DNA of 64,000 nucleotides from an uncultured virus (IMG/VR IMGVR_UViG_3300010158_003181) (Duplodnaviria > Heunggongvirae > Uroviricota > Caudoviricetes). The stretch lies in IMG/VR virus record IMGVR_UViG_3300010158_003181; one strand, given 5' to 3'. Under the pieces are notes generated by a model, which was given only the letters and a program-made list of their open reading frames with translations, had not been told where the DNA came from and did not search any database. Position numbers and translations under genes: made by a program. The stretch's first letter is position 1, and each line of letters opens with the position of its first letter. Shown here piece by piece: positions 27,807-37,594 of this stretch.

Positions 27807-28465
27807 AATATAACGTGTTGAGAATATTCTTCAGCCAATTGCAATCGTCTACTTAATGACATTCCGGGCCAATGAATTAACAAATCCCCAGGTTTCCACA
27901 TTCCTTCCCATGGAGGAGGCTGATAAATAACTCTTTCTTTATACATAATTTCATAATCATATGAATTAAAAGTTTTTTGATGAACTATTTTTATAATATT
28001 GTTAAATTCTTTTAGATTATCAATCACACATTGTTGTTCAGCTAAACAATGAGCTTTATATTTTTCATAGTTTGATGCAATAAGGTCTATAAAAGATCTA
28101 CCCTCTTGAGAATTTTTAACTAGAAAACTATCCATATTAATTCCATTCACATCTTTTGCAATAATGAAATGAAAATTTTCATCGATAATTGATTCCAATT
28201 TTATATTAAAGTTTGTGATTATAGAATCACATCCTGTTACCCACACCCAATCAGGATTGTCCTCATTAAAGATTTTCTGTAGATGATATATCTTTTTAAA
28301 TCCATGAAATGATAATGAATGTGGGGTATTAGCTTCATTTTGATAGATGTTTAATCTAGTGTCGTATCCATGCTTAGCCGCATATGCAATTTTATTTTTA
28401 TGCCAAGTTAAATTTCCTAAAGAAATATAATTGTCTGCATAACAATTTTGCAATATAATTTTCAT
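27803..28465 (-). CDS. GT34-like glycosyltransferase
   Basis: YAAKHGY, WVWVTGCD, EQ, GDLLIHWPG. Confidence 0.7.
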   Translation of the reverse strand: MKIILQNCYADNYISLGNLTWHKNKIAYAAKHGYDTRLNIYQNEANTPHSLSFHGFKKIYHLQKIFNEDNPDWVWVTGCDSIITNFNIKLESIIDENFHFIIAKDVNGINMDSFLVKNSQEGRSFIDLIASNYEKYKAHCLAEQQCVIDNLKEFNNIIKIVHQKTFNSYDYEIMYKERVIYQPPPWEGMWKPGDLLIHWPGMSLSRRLQLAEEYSQHVIL

Positions 28466-29427
28466 GTTGTATGTACCTGATTGTTAATCCAGTTATACGT
28501 AGCAGTTAGTCCTTTTTTCAAATCTTGTGGTGGCTTCCACTTTAGTTTTTCTTTAATTAAATCGTTATTACTATTTCTACCACGCACGCCTTGGGGGCCA
28601 TCGATGTGTTTAATTTTTATATCTTTTTTTGCAATACTAGCAATTAATGTTACTAGGTCGTTGATTGAAATTAAATGATCTGAACCTAAGTTTACTGGAC
28701 CATTGAATGTTTTATGTTTCATTAAACGCATAACGCCTTCAACACAATCGTCTATATAAAGAAAACTTCGAGTTTGTTCCCCATCGCCCCATACTTCAAT
28801 TTCGTCCCCATCTTTTGCATATGCAATTTTTCTACATATTGCCGCTGGCGCTTTTTCTCTACCACCTTGCCATGTTCCATTTGGCCCAAATATGTTATGG
28901 AATCTTGCAACTTTATTCTCCATACCATGTTGACGATTATATGACATAATTAATCTTTCGGTGAATAGTTTTTCCCATCCATAATCACTGTCAGGGTGTG
29001 CAGGATATGCAGACGCTTCTCTGCAATCAGGATTTTGAGTATCTAGCTGTAGTTCTTCATTATAGACACAGGCGCTACTACTGAAAAATACTTGTGGTAC
29101 ATTTCTTCGATGTGCCGCATCTAATACATTTAAATTTATAATGGCACTGTTATGCATAACATCTGCATCGTATAAATTTGTATTAATATAGCCTGCGCCA
29201 CCCATGTCAGCAGCTAATTGATATACTTCGTCAAATCCTCTATCAACAGCACTCCGGACTACGTATTGCTCTCTCAAGTCTCCGAGTAAAAAATCATCTG
29301 CTTGAGTTGATTCAAACTCACATTTTTTAATATCAACTCCACGAACCCAATAGCCATTCTTTTTTAAACGATTAACAATGTGCCCACCAATGAATCCACC
29401 GGCGCCTAATACTAATGCTGTTTTCAT
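28462..29427 (-). CDS. GDP-mannose 3,5-epimerase-like SDR
   Basis: GAGGFIG, LAADMGGAG, SSSACVY, YGWEK, GGREKAPAA. Confidence 0.9.
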   Translation of the reverse strand: MKTALVLGAGGFIGGHIVNRLKKNGYWVRGVDIKKCEFESTQADDFLLGDLREQYVVRSAVDRGFDEVYQLAADMGGAGYINTNLYDADVMHNSAIINLNVLDAAHRRNVPQVFFSSSACVYNEELQLDTQNPDCREASAYPAHPDSDYGWEKLFTERLIMSYNRQHGMENKVARFHNIFGPNGTWQGGREKAPAAICRKIAYAKDGDEIEVWGDGEQTRSFLYIDDCVEGVMRLMKHKTFNGPVNLGSDHLISINDLVTLIASIAKKDIKIKHIDGPQGVRGRNSNNDLIKEKLKWKPPQDLKKGLTATYNWINNQVHTT

Positions 29428-29444
29428 TTTTTATCCTAATAATT

Positions 29445-30401
29445 TTATATTATACTTTTTAATACTTCTTTGCAAGCCTCAGGCGACCAATCTTTTTGCA
29501 TTTGTTCAATATTTTGAGCACCATTGAGAATTGCGTCTTTCAATGATTGTGCTGGGTAAGGTTGTACATATTTATGGATGTGTCTAAATGTAGTGTTAGA
29601 AGAAACTAATAACGGTGCGCCTGACATTACTACTTGATCAGTAGTCGCCGCCAATCCCGGCAGGTCTCTGGTATAGAAAAAACAATTTAACGTATTTTCT
29701 GCACACCAATCAATTAATTGGTCATCAGAAAAATAGTCACGTGTAAATTGTAGTTCGATACCGACTTTTAAATTTGCTCTACATTGATCTTCAATCATTG
29801 TTTTGTAATCAGCACCAAAGTGTCTATTGACTGCAACATCTGCAAATGTTGACGGAGGAAGATTTATTCTAAGTATTGCTTTATCGAATTCATGAGAAAC
29901 TGCTGCTGCAATTAAATGAAACCCTTTGTCAAAAGTTGCATATCCAAAACTTCCAATTACAGGAACTTCTGGTATACTATCATAGTGTTTAATACTTCTA
30001 AAATTAGAAAGTGGACGAGAGAAAGCATGTATATTATTTTGTTTAGATTCAAATGTTGGATCTAAAACAAGAAACTCATCAAAGCCTTCAGGACGCATAA
30101 AGATAAAAGGATCATCTGCTGTCATCTCTAAAATTATACAAATCTTTTTGCCTGGTAGATTTACAAAATATCTGGAATCTACTCCTTCATGTAACCGCAT
30201 AGTATTGTGATGGTAATTAAAAATATAGAAGTCATAAGGTTTATAATTACCGCTATGTAATGAATTAACATCTATATGACTAATTTCTTTATATGTTAGT
30301 TCATAGTCGACGCTGTCTTTTAATGCATTGTATATCATCAATCCACTACTATAAATGCTACAATTTGCTTTTCTAGTATTAACAAACAATCCCTTTTTCA
30401 T
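29445..30401 (-). CDS. putative GT-B glycosyltransferase
   Basis: IGSFG...KGF and TTFRHI; located in the sugar cluster. Confidence 0.5.
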   Translation of the reverse strand: MKKGLFVNTRKANCSIYSSGLMIYNALKDSVDYELTYKEISHIDVNSLHSGNYKPYDFYIFNYHHNTMRLHEGVDSRYFVNLPGKKICIILEMTADDPFIFMRPEGFDEFLVLDPTFESKQNNIHAFSRPLSNFRSIKHYDSIPEVPVIGSFGYATFDKGFHLIAAAVSHEFDKAILRINLPPSTFADVAVNRHFGADYKTMIEDQCRANLKVGIELQFTRDYFSDDQLIDWCAENTLNCFFYTRDLPGLAATTDQVVMSGAPLLVSSNTTFRHIHKYVQPYPAQSLKDAILNGAQNIEQMQKDWSPEACKEVLKSII

Positions 30402-30416
30402 TATTAAATTCCTTAA

Positions 30417-31640
30417 TTATTTTGAAATAATTTCAAAAACAGGACATGGTACGATAAAGGAACCACCTGCCTCTAGGAATGCTCGTTCTCTAGTTTGGAA
30501 TTCACTGATAAAATGCCATGGAAGAACTAGTGCATAATCTGGATTTGCATCACGCATTTCTTCTTCGCTGATGATTGGAATATTTGTTCCAATCGTTTTG
30601 TATCCAAATTTGTACGGACTACGCTCTGCAATTGCAGCAATATGGCTACTATCTAACCCAAAGTACTGTAACAACGTGTTACCTTTAGTACTAGCACCAT
30701 ACCCATATACCTTTTTACCTTCAGCTTTGGCTGTATTAATAAACGAGTTAACATTATTTTTTAATGTATCAAGTCTAAGTTTGAAATCATCCCATGCTGC
30801 CGCACTCGAAATATCAACTACATTAGTTTCATAATTAAGAATAGTTTCTACACGATAATCACAAACATCACGCAAAGGAGAAGTTCCAAAACTAGTAACT
30901 AGTGCAGTTTCTTTTTGGAAGTAAATTCTAAAACTACCACCATTTGTATCATTAACGCTACAATCAACAACACGGAAACCATGTTGTGAAAATAGTTTAT
31001 TGATGCTCTTTAGGTCATAATAATACACATGCTCATGACAGATATTATCAAATGCCAATTGATTCATCATCAATGGAGTATAACTCATTTGAAGAACAGC
31101 AACACCATCATCGTCAAGAATATCATACAAGTCTTGTACAAATGGATGTGGATTATCTAAATCATAAAACATCGCAATACAAGTAATAACTTTAGCTTTC
31201 TTATCTGCAAATGGTGTTTTGTTCCATGCATCCTTACTAAAGAAGTCTTGGACAACAGTGGCTACTTTACTGCTTTCAGCATAGAAAGATTCGTCACATG
31301 GATCAATACCCACTTTGGTTAAGTTGTTTGGTACAGCTTTTAACAATGTTCCGTCATTACACGCAATGTCAAGCCAAATATCATCATCTTTTAATTTAAC
31401 TCTAGAAGTAATTTCTTTAACAATCCCCTGAAGTTCAATAGTCATGCTGGTATTAATAGCACTACGGTACCAATATTTGCCCCACATGGTATGTGCTGGC
31501 GCAATGTTCATTAATCGAGGAGCTCCTAGGTCTTCATCTAGGTATAGATCTAAACTATACTTTGTACGTCCCTCCATTTCGCTGTCTTCTTTAATAAAAT
31601 CACTTACATAGTGATTGCCGAGTTCAAGTAATTTTTTCAT
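30417..31640 (-). CDS. NDP-sugar C-methyltransferase
   Basis: DIACNDG, FDNICHEH, GYGASTKGNT, LPWHF. Confidence 0.85.
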   Translation of the reverse strand: MKKLLELGNHYVSDFIKEDSEMEGRTKYSLDLYLDEDLGAPRLMNIAPAHTMWGKYWYRSAINTSMTIELQGIVKEITSRVKLKDDDIWLDIACNDGTLLKAVPNNLTKVGIDPCDESFYAESSKVATVVQDFFSKDAWNKTPFADKKAKVITCIAMFYDLDNPHPFVQDLYDILDDDGVAVLQMSYTPLMMNQLAFDNICHEHVYYYDLKSINKLFSQHGFRVVDCSVNDTNGGSFRIYFQKETALVTSFGTSPLRDVCDYRVETILNYETNVVDISSAAAWDDFKLRLDTLKNNVNSFINTAKAEGKKVYGYGASTKGNTLLQYFGLDSSHIAAIAERSPYKFGYKTIGTNIPIISEEEMRDANPDYALVLPWHFISEFQTRERAFLEAGGSFIVPCPVFEIISK

Positions 31641-31642
31641 AA

Positions 31643-32020
31643 TTAGTCCTTATAAGATTTTTCTTCAATTAGTTCAGAATTGCAAAGGATGTTTATTTCC
31701 TTTTTAATTTTGCTTCGTTTGTCATTCATTTTGAATATCATTCTCGATGTTTCAAGATATTCTTCGCCGATGTTATTATCGTTTTCAAGTCGTCTAATAT
31801 CTTCGCCACCGAACCATATTTTATAATTTACAGTAAGAAGATCTTTTAGATGCTTGGCAAACTTTTCTTGAACATTTATAAATTCAGGTAAAGCAGTTAA
31901 TACATCATATTCTTTTGTAATGTTTTTTAATTTATCAGCATCGGTTATTTCCATAGATTTAATCTTAAGAACTGTGATCTTATCTACAAGTTCGCCGATG
32001 CTAGCGGGTACGTTAATCAT
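31643..32020 (-). CDS. conserved hypothetical protein (DUF6165-like)
   Basis: SIGELVDKITVL...NDKR..IK.EIN....SELIEEKSY. Confidence 0.75.
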   Translation of the reverse strand: MINVPASIGELVDKITVLKIKSMEITDADKLKNITKEYDVLTALPEFINVQEKFAKHLKDLLTVNYKIWFGGEDIRRLENDNNIGEEYLETSRMIFKMNDKRSKIKKEINILCNSELIEEKSYKD

Positions 32021-32877
32021 TTGCGTTCGATATCCTCTTCAATACACTTATCACCATATTGAATTTCTATAACTCGTAATGGTAAATCAGTTTCATTGCA
32101 TAGCTTGTGCCATTGCTCATTACTGATATGTAAATTTTGAAACTTATTAAAGTTACCAACTAATTCCATATCTGTACTAGCACTATCTAATGTGTATACT
32201 GTTGCAGTACCTTCAGCGACAAACCAATGCTCTGCTCTGTCTTTATGTTTTTGCATACTTAAACAAGTCTTTGGCATTACAGTTAATTCTTTAACTTTAA
32301 TTTCTTTACCTTGCTCATGTAATACACGATAGTATCCCCATTCACGAGAAGTTTTAGGAGCCTTCCATTCTTCAAGTATCCACGATGATGAATTCATTTT
32401 ATTATCGCCACCGACACTAAATTCAAATGATACGCCTTCTACAGACATCTCTGAAATATTCTCACTAGTCCTATCTCCACCATTAGCAAATACTATTTTT
32501 GATACTGGAAATTGTTTTTTAATTAGTTCAATAGCATTAATGGAATTATTAGTGTCATCATTAAATTCAATGACATGGTCTACCATACTTAGATTGCTAA
32601 TAATAGCAAAGCGTTCTTGCCAAGTATAAAATGCTCGGCCTTTTTTTCTTTTCAACCAAGCATCTGAATTAATGCCTACAACTAGTACATCGCCTAATGC
32701 TTTGGCAGCATTAAAATATGCAATATGTCCAGAATGTAACGGATCAAATCCGCCAGTTACTATAATAACTCGTTCGTCTTTGGAAAGAAGCGTCCGCTCA
32801 AGTTTTCCAAAGTCTCTAACATAAACAGTTTTTCCTTTATCAGGACTTTCGTATATTTTAGCTGTTGGCGATTGCAT
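32017..32877 (-). CDS. cytidylyltransferase-like domain fused to a mannose-6-phosphate isomerase-type cupin
   Basis: TGGFDPLHSGH, FANGGDR, REWGYY, LSMQKH..RAEHW. Confidence 0.85.
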   Translation of the reverse strand: MQSPTAKIYESPDKGKTVYVRDFGKLERTLLSKDERVIIVTGGFDPLHSGHIAYFNAAKALGDVLVVGINSDAWLKRKKGRAFYTWQERFAIISNLSMVDHVIEFNDDTNNSINAIELIKKQFPVSKIVFANGGDRTSENISEMSVEGVSFEFSVGGDNKMNSSSWILEEWKAPKTSREWGYYRVLHEQGKEIKVKELTVMPKTCLSMQKHKDRAEHWFVAEGTATVYTLDSASTDMELVGNFNKFQNLHISNEQWHKLCNETDLPLRVIEIQYGDKCIEEDIERK

Positions 32878-33895
32878 GTTGTTGGGCTTTCATTTCAGTT
32901 TCACACATTTCAAAAACTAAATCTTTAAATGTGTAAGCAGGTTTCCAGTTTAACTTTGTGTGCGCTTTAGAGCAATCACCGAAGATATTCGGCACTTCAG
33001 CCCTGCGATAGAAATCTGAGTTTACTCTAACCACTGTCTTACCTGTAGTTTTGTTAATGCCGATTTCATCTAATCCAGTACCTTGCCATTCAATTTCAAA
33101 TCCAAGATATGTAGCAACATCATTACAGAAATCTCTAACTGAATGCTCTTCACCACTAGAGATAACAAAATCTTCAGGTGTGTCTTGTTGTAGGATCGCC
33201 CACATTGCAACAACATAGTCCTTGGCATGTCCCCAATCTCTACGTGCATCTAAGTTGCCTAATTCTAGAATGTCCTGGAGGCCAAGGTGTGTACGGATCA
33301 TTCCCAGTACAATCTTACGTGTTACAAACTCTGATCCCCTACGTGGGCTTTCGTGATTAAACAAAATACCATTACATGCATATAAATTAAAACTCTCACG
33401 ATAATTTACTGTGATCCAATAGCCAAACAATTTTGCAACTGCATATGGGCTTCTTGGATAGAATGGAGTATTTTCTGTTTGTGGAATTTCTTTAACCTTG
33501 CCATACAACTCACTAGTTGACGCTTGATAGAATCTAACTTCCTTATGATCAGAAAGTTTCTTAACTGCTTCTAATAATTTTAAAACACCGATTGCATTTA
33601 CATCGCCTGTATAAGTTGGGCAATCATAACTAACACTTACATGACTTTGAGCGCCTAAGTTATATACTTCATCTGGTTTAACTTTTAAAAGAATATCATT
33701 TAAATTAGCGCAATCTGTTAAATCACTATAGTGAAAATGTATTTTATCTTTAATCGATTCAATGTTTGCAGTGTTTAATCCTGTGCTAGATCTACGAACC
33801 AAGCCATGAACTTCGTAATCTTTCTCTAGCAAAAGTTCTGCTAAGTAGCTTCCGTCTTGTCCAGTGATGCCTGTGATCAGCGCAATTTTTTTCAT
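32858..33895 (-). CDS. gmd: GDP-mannose 4,6-dehydratase
   Basis: ITGITGQDGSYLAE, QASTSELYG, PRSPYAVAK, LFNHESP. Confidence 0.97.
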   Translation of the reverse strand: MKKIALITGITGQDGSYLAELLLEKDYEVHGLVRRSSTGLNTANIESIKDKIHFHYSDLTDCANLNDILLKVKPDEVYNLGAQSHVSVSYDCPTYTGDVNAIGVLKLLEAVKKLSDHKEVRFYQASTSELYGKVKEIPQTENTPFYPRSPYAVAKLFGYWITVNYRESFNLYACNGILFNHESPRRGSEFVTRKIVLGMIRTHLGLQDILELGNLDARRDWGHAKDYVVAMWAILQQDTPEDFVISSGEEHSVRDFCNDVATYLGFEIEWQGTGLDEIGINKTTGKTVVRVNSDFYRRAEVPNIFGDCSKAHTKLNWKPAYTFKDLVFEMCETEMKAQQHAIANS

Positions 33896-33938
33896 TTGTA
33901 ATTCCTTTAATTATTTGCCTTTTGCGTCAGCGTGTTAT

Positions 33939-33968
33939 ATTATATATGCTTTTTAAAGCCGCTGTCAA
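33939..33968 (-). promoter_or_regulatory. sigma70-type promoter TTGACA-18-TATAAT (gmd operon)
   Basis: consensus hexamers. Confidence 0.7.
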
Positions 33969-34013
33969 TAAGATATTGGCTTTTAATAAAGAAAACCTGC
34001 CAAAGCAGATTAA

Positions 34014-34709
34014 TTATTTTACATAGAGAGCAGGAGGGTATCTAGTTTGATAGTGATTAGTATTGTTATCGTGTGACTCATGGAAACTATATGCATTTGG
34101 CTTTCCTAAGCCGATCCAAAATTCTGCATCCATTCTATGCATATAGCCATGCGGTCCAAAATTAAATTGACCAAAATAATTATTGTCTTCTGGCATCCGG
34201 AATGGCGGCAATTTTTTAATATAGCTACTAGTTGCCCACCAAAAATTTCCACTATAATGTAAATGGTGATAATCACCTCGCCATATTACTCCAGCAGTAT
34301 CATATCCTTGATCTAATTTATCAACACAATCTTTCCATTGTGTAACATTAAAATACATCATTAAATCGCGCCAATCATCTACTGATGGATTACCCATATG
34401 TGTTATACCTTTCTGATGTATATATAACACATATGTTTCTTCAGAAACATTATCGCAATATTCTTTAAGACGTTTAAGTGTAGGGATTTCCCAATCTTCT
34501 GGTTTTATACGTTGATCAATATAAGATATATTTTTATAATCTTTTAATCGATCCTTTAACCAATCATAGTTAGCAATGTCATAATTGCAATAAAAAAACA
34601 ATTCACTATGATCTATAATACCTGAATTAACAATTGTATTAATTTGAGATTCAATAATAGGACGACCGACAGGAAAGTCGGTCATGTGATAAAATACCGC
34701 TAATTTCAT
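34014..34709 (-). CDS. putative glycan-modifying protein
   Basis: YIHQKG, HYSGNFWW, EFWI motifs; located in the sugar cluster. Confidence 0.55.
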   Translation of the reverse strand: MKLAVFYHMTDFPVGRPIIESQINTIVNSGIIDHSELFFYCNYDIANYDWLKDRLKDYKNISYIDQRIKPEDWEIPTLKRLKEYCDNVSEETYVLYIHQKGITHMGNPSVDDWRDLMMYFNVTQWKDCVDKLDQGYDTAGVIWRGDYHHLHYSGNFWWATSSYIKKLPPFRMPEDNNYFGQFNFGPHGYMHRMDAEFWIGLGKPNAYSFHESHDNNTNHYQTRYPPALYVK

Positions 34710-34798
34710 TTTTACTTATTTCTTTTTCCTAATAACTTGTGTAGCAAGTCTTTCCATTAGGGTTAGATTTTTACATGACATAATTTTTTTATTGAAAT

Positions 34799-34885
34799 GA
34801 CGGACTCCTTAGGGATTGAATATAGCCTCCGCCTAGCCGATGTAGTTTTTCACTACCCCAAGCCGCTATGCAACTTTAGCCCTAC
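34799..34885 (-). ncRNA. candidate structured RNA with pseudoknot
   Basis: nested stems UAGGG/CCCUA, AUAGC/GCUAU, GUAGU/ACUAC; GGCGGA can pair with 3' UCCGUC; TAAATA upstream. Confidence 0.5.
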
Positions 34886-34897
34886 AAGATATAATAT

Positions 34898-35044
34898 TTA
34901 ATCAATCCGGCTGTAGTTAAGTACAGTACCTGAACCATATTGTGATTCGGCAATCATTTTGGCTTGCCAATCATTATCTGCATTAACCACAACATTGGCG
35001 GTTTGATATTGATTAAGTCTAATCCAAACTGTATATTTGTACAT
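34898..35044 (-). CDS. small hypothetical protein (48 aa)
   Basis: AAGGA RBS; MYKYTVWIRL... Confidence 0.65.
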   Translation of the reverse strand: MYKYTVWIRLNQYQTANVVVNADNDWQAKMIAESQYGSGTVLNYSRID

Positions 35045-35053
35045 GATAAATCC

Positions 35054-35260
35054 TTACTTTACTAGTTGAATGTTTTGAGCCTGTTTTCCATTTTTACCAT
35101 CGATGATTTCAAATTCTACAAGATCGTCTGGTTTCAAACTTTTGTATCCCTCTATTTGAATTTGACTATAATGTGCAAACACATCATCGCTACCCGATTC
35201 TGGAACAATAAATCCAAAACCTTTGGAATTATTAAACCATTTTACCTTACCTTTTACCAT
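35054..35260 (-). CDS. cold-shock protein
   Basis: GKVKWFN..KGFGFI and DVFAHYS (RNP1/RNP2). Confidence 0.95.
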   Translation of the reverse strand: MVKGKVKWFNNSKGFGFIVPESGSDDVFAHYSQIQIEGYKSLKPDDLVEFEIIDGKNGKQAQNIQLVK

Positions 35261-35280
35261 ATTACTTTGCCTTCTTTATG

Positions 35281-35314
35281 TATTTATTATACTGTGTTTT
35301 AGTCAACTTGTCAA
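35281..35314 (-). promoter_or_regulatory. composite promoter TTGACA-17-TATAAT overlapping ATAAATA (csp)
   Basis: perfect sigma70 consensus; -10 reads TATAATAAATA. Confidence 0.8.
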
Positions 35315-35317
35315 CCA

Positions 35318-36181
35318 TTATGTTTTAGTTGGGCGCCAGCAACTTACCCAATTTGCATTATCTGCGGTCATTCCGTTTGGATATGACTTAGTTAGATCGC
35401 CATCATCTGGATTATTTTTACCACCGCTAGGAGTTTGATTGCCGCCTACAAATGTATACTTTCCATTTACCGCAGTATAAACAAAGTTAACATGCCTATA
35501 ACTCCAAAATGCAATATCGCCGGGCTGAGCTTGATTCTTTGGAACCGATGTGGCACCCCATTTTTCTGGATTAGTTGTAATTGCGGCTGCACTGGCAGTT
35601 TGAAAATATCTATAGCCTGAACTTTTAAGGGCATAATTTACAAATCCCATACACCAAGCAGTTTGATCTGTAGTCCACGGGTTGTTTTTTGGATATCCTA
35701 AATTTTGCCAAATTCCTGTAATAGTAGGATTACTTGGTTTACCGCCTTGGCCGGTTTCTCTCCATTTACCTTGTGCTGCCTCATCAAGACACTGTGTTAA
35801 GAATGGAACAATGCTTGTAAAAGTACTATCAGTTGAAATACTTGATGTTGCAGTTGTTGATGTTGTACTGTCATCAACTGTTCCGGCGCCTGCATTGCCC
35901 TTAACTCCATCAGCTGTGGCCGCTGCACTATATGACGGGCCCGGTTGTCCTGGATTTGTAACTTGTTGTGCTATTAGTGAATCTATCTGACTAGCTGCTG
36001 CGGCTTGAACTGTGGAATCTAAAGCCACTGCAACACTAACACTGACACTACCAAATGTTCCGCTTTCTCCAGGGGGTTTCCACAATGCTACTAATGTATT
36101 GTTTATATAAACATTCCCGGTATGATAAACGTCAGCTACGTGAACTACCCCGTGTGCTACTGATCCTGGCTGGTATGGCAT
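35318..36181 (-). CDS. virion-associated CHAP/NlpC-like peptidoglycan hydrolase (TIGR02594-like)
   Basis: TAWCMGFV, PGDI, HVNFV, GGNQ. Confidence 0.75.
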   Translation of the reverse strand: MPYQPGSVAHGVVHVADVYHTGNVYINNTLVALWKPPGESGTFGSVSVSVAVALDSTVQAAAASQIDSLIAQQVTNPGQPGPSYSAAATADGVKGNAGAGTVDDSTTSTTATSSISTDSTFTSIVPFLTQCLDEAAQGKWRETGQGGKPSNPTITGIWQNLGYPKNNPWTTDQTAWCMGFVNYALKSSGYRYFQTASAAAITTNPEKWGATSVPKNQAQPGDIAFWSYRHVNFVYTAVNGKYTFVGGNQTPSGGKNNPDDGDLTKSYPNGMTADNANWVSCWRPTKT

Positions 36182-36204
36182 AAAGTTAATTTCCTATCAC
36201 TTAT

Positions 36205-36498
36205 TTAACTCAATGCAATACCAGTAGTACCTTCTAGATATTGTTTAGCTGCTTCGCCCTTACTTTCTACAACAAAAAATGTGTTGCTTCTGCTAAGTGT
36301 AACAGCAGAGTCTTTACCTAAGAACACCCAAGGAATCATTCCAAGTCCTTGACCGTTCATGGTCAATGCTAGAGGGCGACTAACTGTAACAGTATCTGCG
36401 TCCTCTTTTTCAAACCTAGCAATAATTTCATCACCGTTGATTAGTTTGATACTTACTACATCTCCACTGGAGAAATTCTTACTGACATTGATTAGCAT
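36205..36498 (-). CDS. conserved phage protein, possible Sm-like fold
   Basis: VVSIKLINGDEIIAR beta-rich pattern. Confidence 0.6.
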   Translation of the reverse strand: MLINVSKNFSSGDVVSIKLINGDEIIARFEKEDADTVTVSRPLALTMNGQGLGMIPWVFLGKDSAVTLSRSNTFFVVESKGEAAKQYLEGTTGIALS

Positions 36499-36499
36499 T

Positions 36500-36976
36500 T
36501 TATTCCTTTGTTTCTTTTGGTAAATCGCACAAGGCTTCTAGAGTCTTGTAATTGTTGTAGGCTTTCTTTAGTGCCTCAAAGTGTTCTAACTTGGCAGGGT
36601 CTGGCACTAGTATGGCCAACCGACTCTGTATATCATCTAATATTTTGGCAATACTAACGCCTTTGATTTTAACATCACCCTCAAAGTTAGCATCGCCGCT
36701 GACACTTAATGATGGGGGGGTAGATGACGATGTTACTATACTTGGAGCACTGCTCCAAGTAGTTCCATTCATTCCGTTATATAGATACTGACCAGCGGAA
36801 CCTGTAGAATTTATAGTATAATTTGATGTATTCCATAATGATGTATCGAGGGTAATAGTATTAGATGCTGCTTCCTCAATTTCTTGAGTTGCAATCTCTG
36901 TCTCGTCTGCCCATTTAAACTCGTTTGGTTTAATGTTTGCTAGAGCTTCTTTGATTTTATCAAACCCATTAACCAT
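36500..36976 (-). CDS. hypothetical protein
   Basis: 158-aa ORF in operon. Confidence 0.7.
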   Translation of the reverse strand: MVNGFDKIKEALANIKPNEFKWADETEIATQEIEEAASNTITLDTSLWNTSNYTINSTGSAGQYLYNGMNGTTWSSAPSIVTSSSTPPSLSVSGDANFEGDVKIKGVSIAKILDDIQSRLAILVPDPAKLEHFEALKKAYNNYKTLEALCDLPKETKE

Positions 36977-37193
36977 TTAAATGTGCCTTTAATTCAGTAA
37001 AGCCGCCAATTACCACATCGTCGATAATAATTTGTGGAACTGACCGGGCAGTTGGGATTGCTTCTAGCAATTCTTCTCTACTATATCCATCACCAATTTT
37101 ACGTTCTTCAAATGCGATATCACGTTGACCTAACAATGCTTTGGCCTGATCACAATATGGGCAGTGATACTTACTCCATACAACAACTTTCAT
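36969..37193 (-). CDS. glutaredoxin
   Basis: CPYC, SVPQI, IGGF. Confidence 0.95.
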   Translation of the reverse strand: MKVVVWSKYHCPYCDQAKALLGQRDIAFEERKIGDGYSREELLEAIPTARSVPQIIIDDVVIGGFTELKAHLNG

Positions 37194-37206
37194 TTTTATT
37201 TTCCTT

Positions 37207-37590
37207 TTAAATTATATTATGTTTCTTTTTATAGTCTTCAACGGCTGCAGAAATTGCTGATTCTGCCAAAATACTACAATGTATCTTAACTGGGGGCAGG
37301 GCTAGTTCTTCTGCAATTTGATTGTTTTTGAGTTTAATAGCATCATCAATATGCATACCTTTAACCCACTCTGTAACCAACGAGCTACTGGCAATTGCTG
37401 AACCACATCCATATGTCTTGAAACGAGCATCTCTAATAATACCATTTTCATCTACCTTTATCTGTAATTTCATCACATCCCCGCAAGCAGGGGCCCCGAC
37501 CATACCTGTACCAACTGTATCGTCGATTTCAAACTTACCCACATTACGAGGGTTTTCATAGTGGTCAATTACGGCAGCTGAATAAGACAT
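37207..37590 (-). CDS. iscU: Fe-S cluster scaffold IscU
   Basis: HYENPRNVG, APACGD, YGCGSAIASS, LPPVKIHC. Confidence 0.95.
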   Translation of the reverse strand: MSYSAAVIDHYENPRNVGKFEIDDTVGTGMVGAPACGDVMKLQIKVDENGIIRDARFKTYGCGSAIASSSLVTEWVKGMHIDDAIKLKNNQIAEELALPPVKIHCSILAESAISAAVEDYKKKHNII

Positions 37591-37594
37591 AATT

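Noticed and set aside
9896..37590. Cellular chromosome origin suggested by dnaK, clpX, iscU, rpsU and csp
   Set aside because: Each gene lacks its normal bacterial operon partners and sits among virion genes, homing endonucleases and TAAATA late-type promoters.
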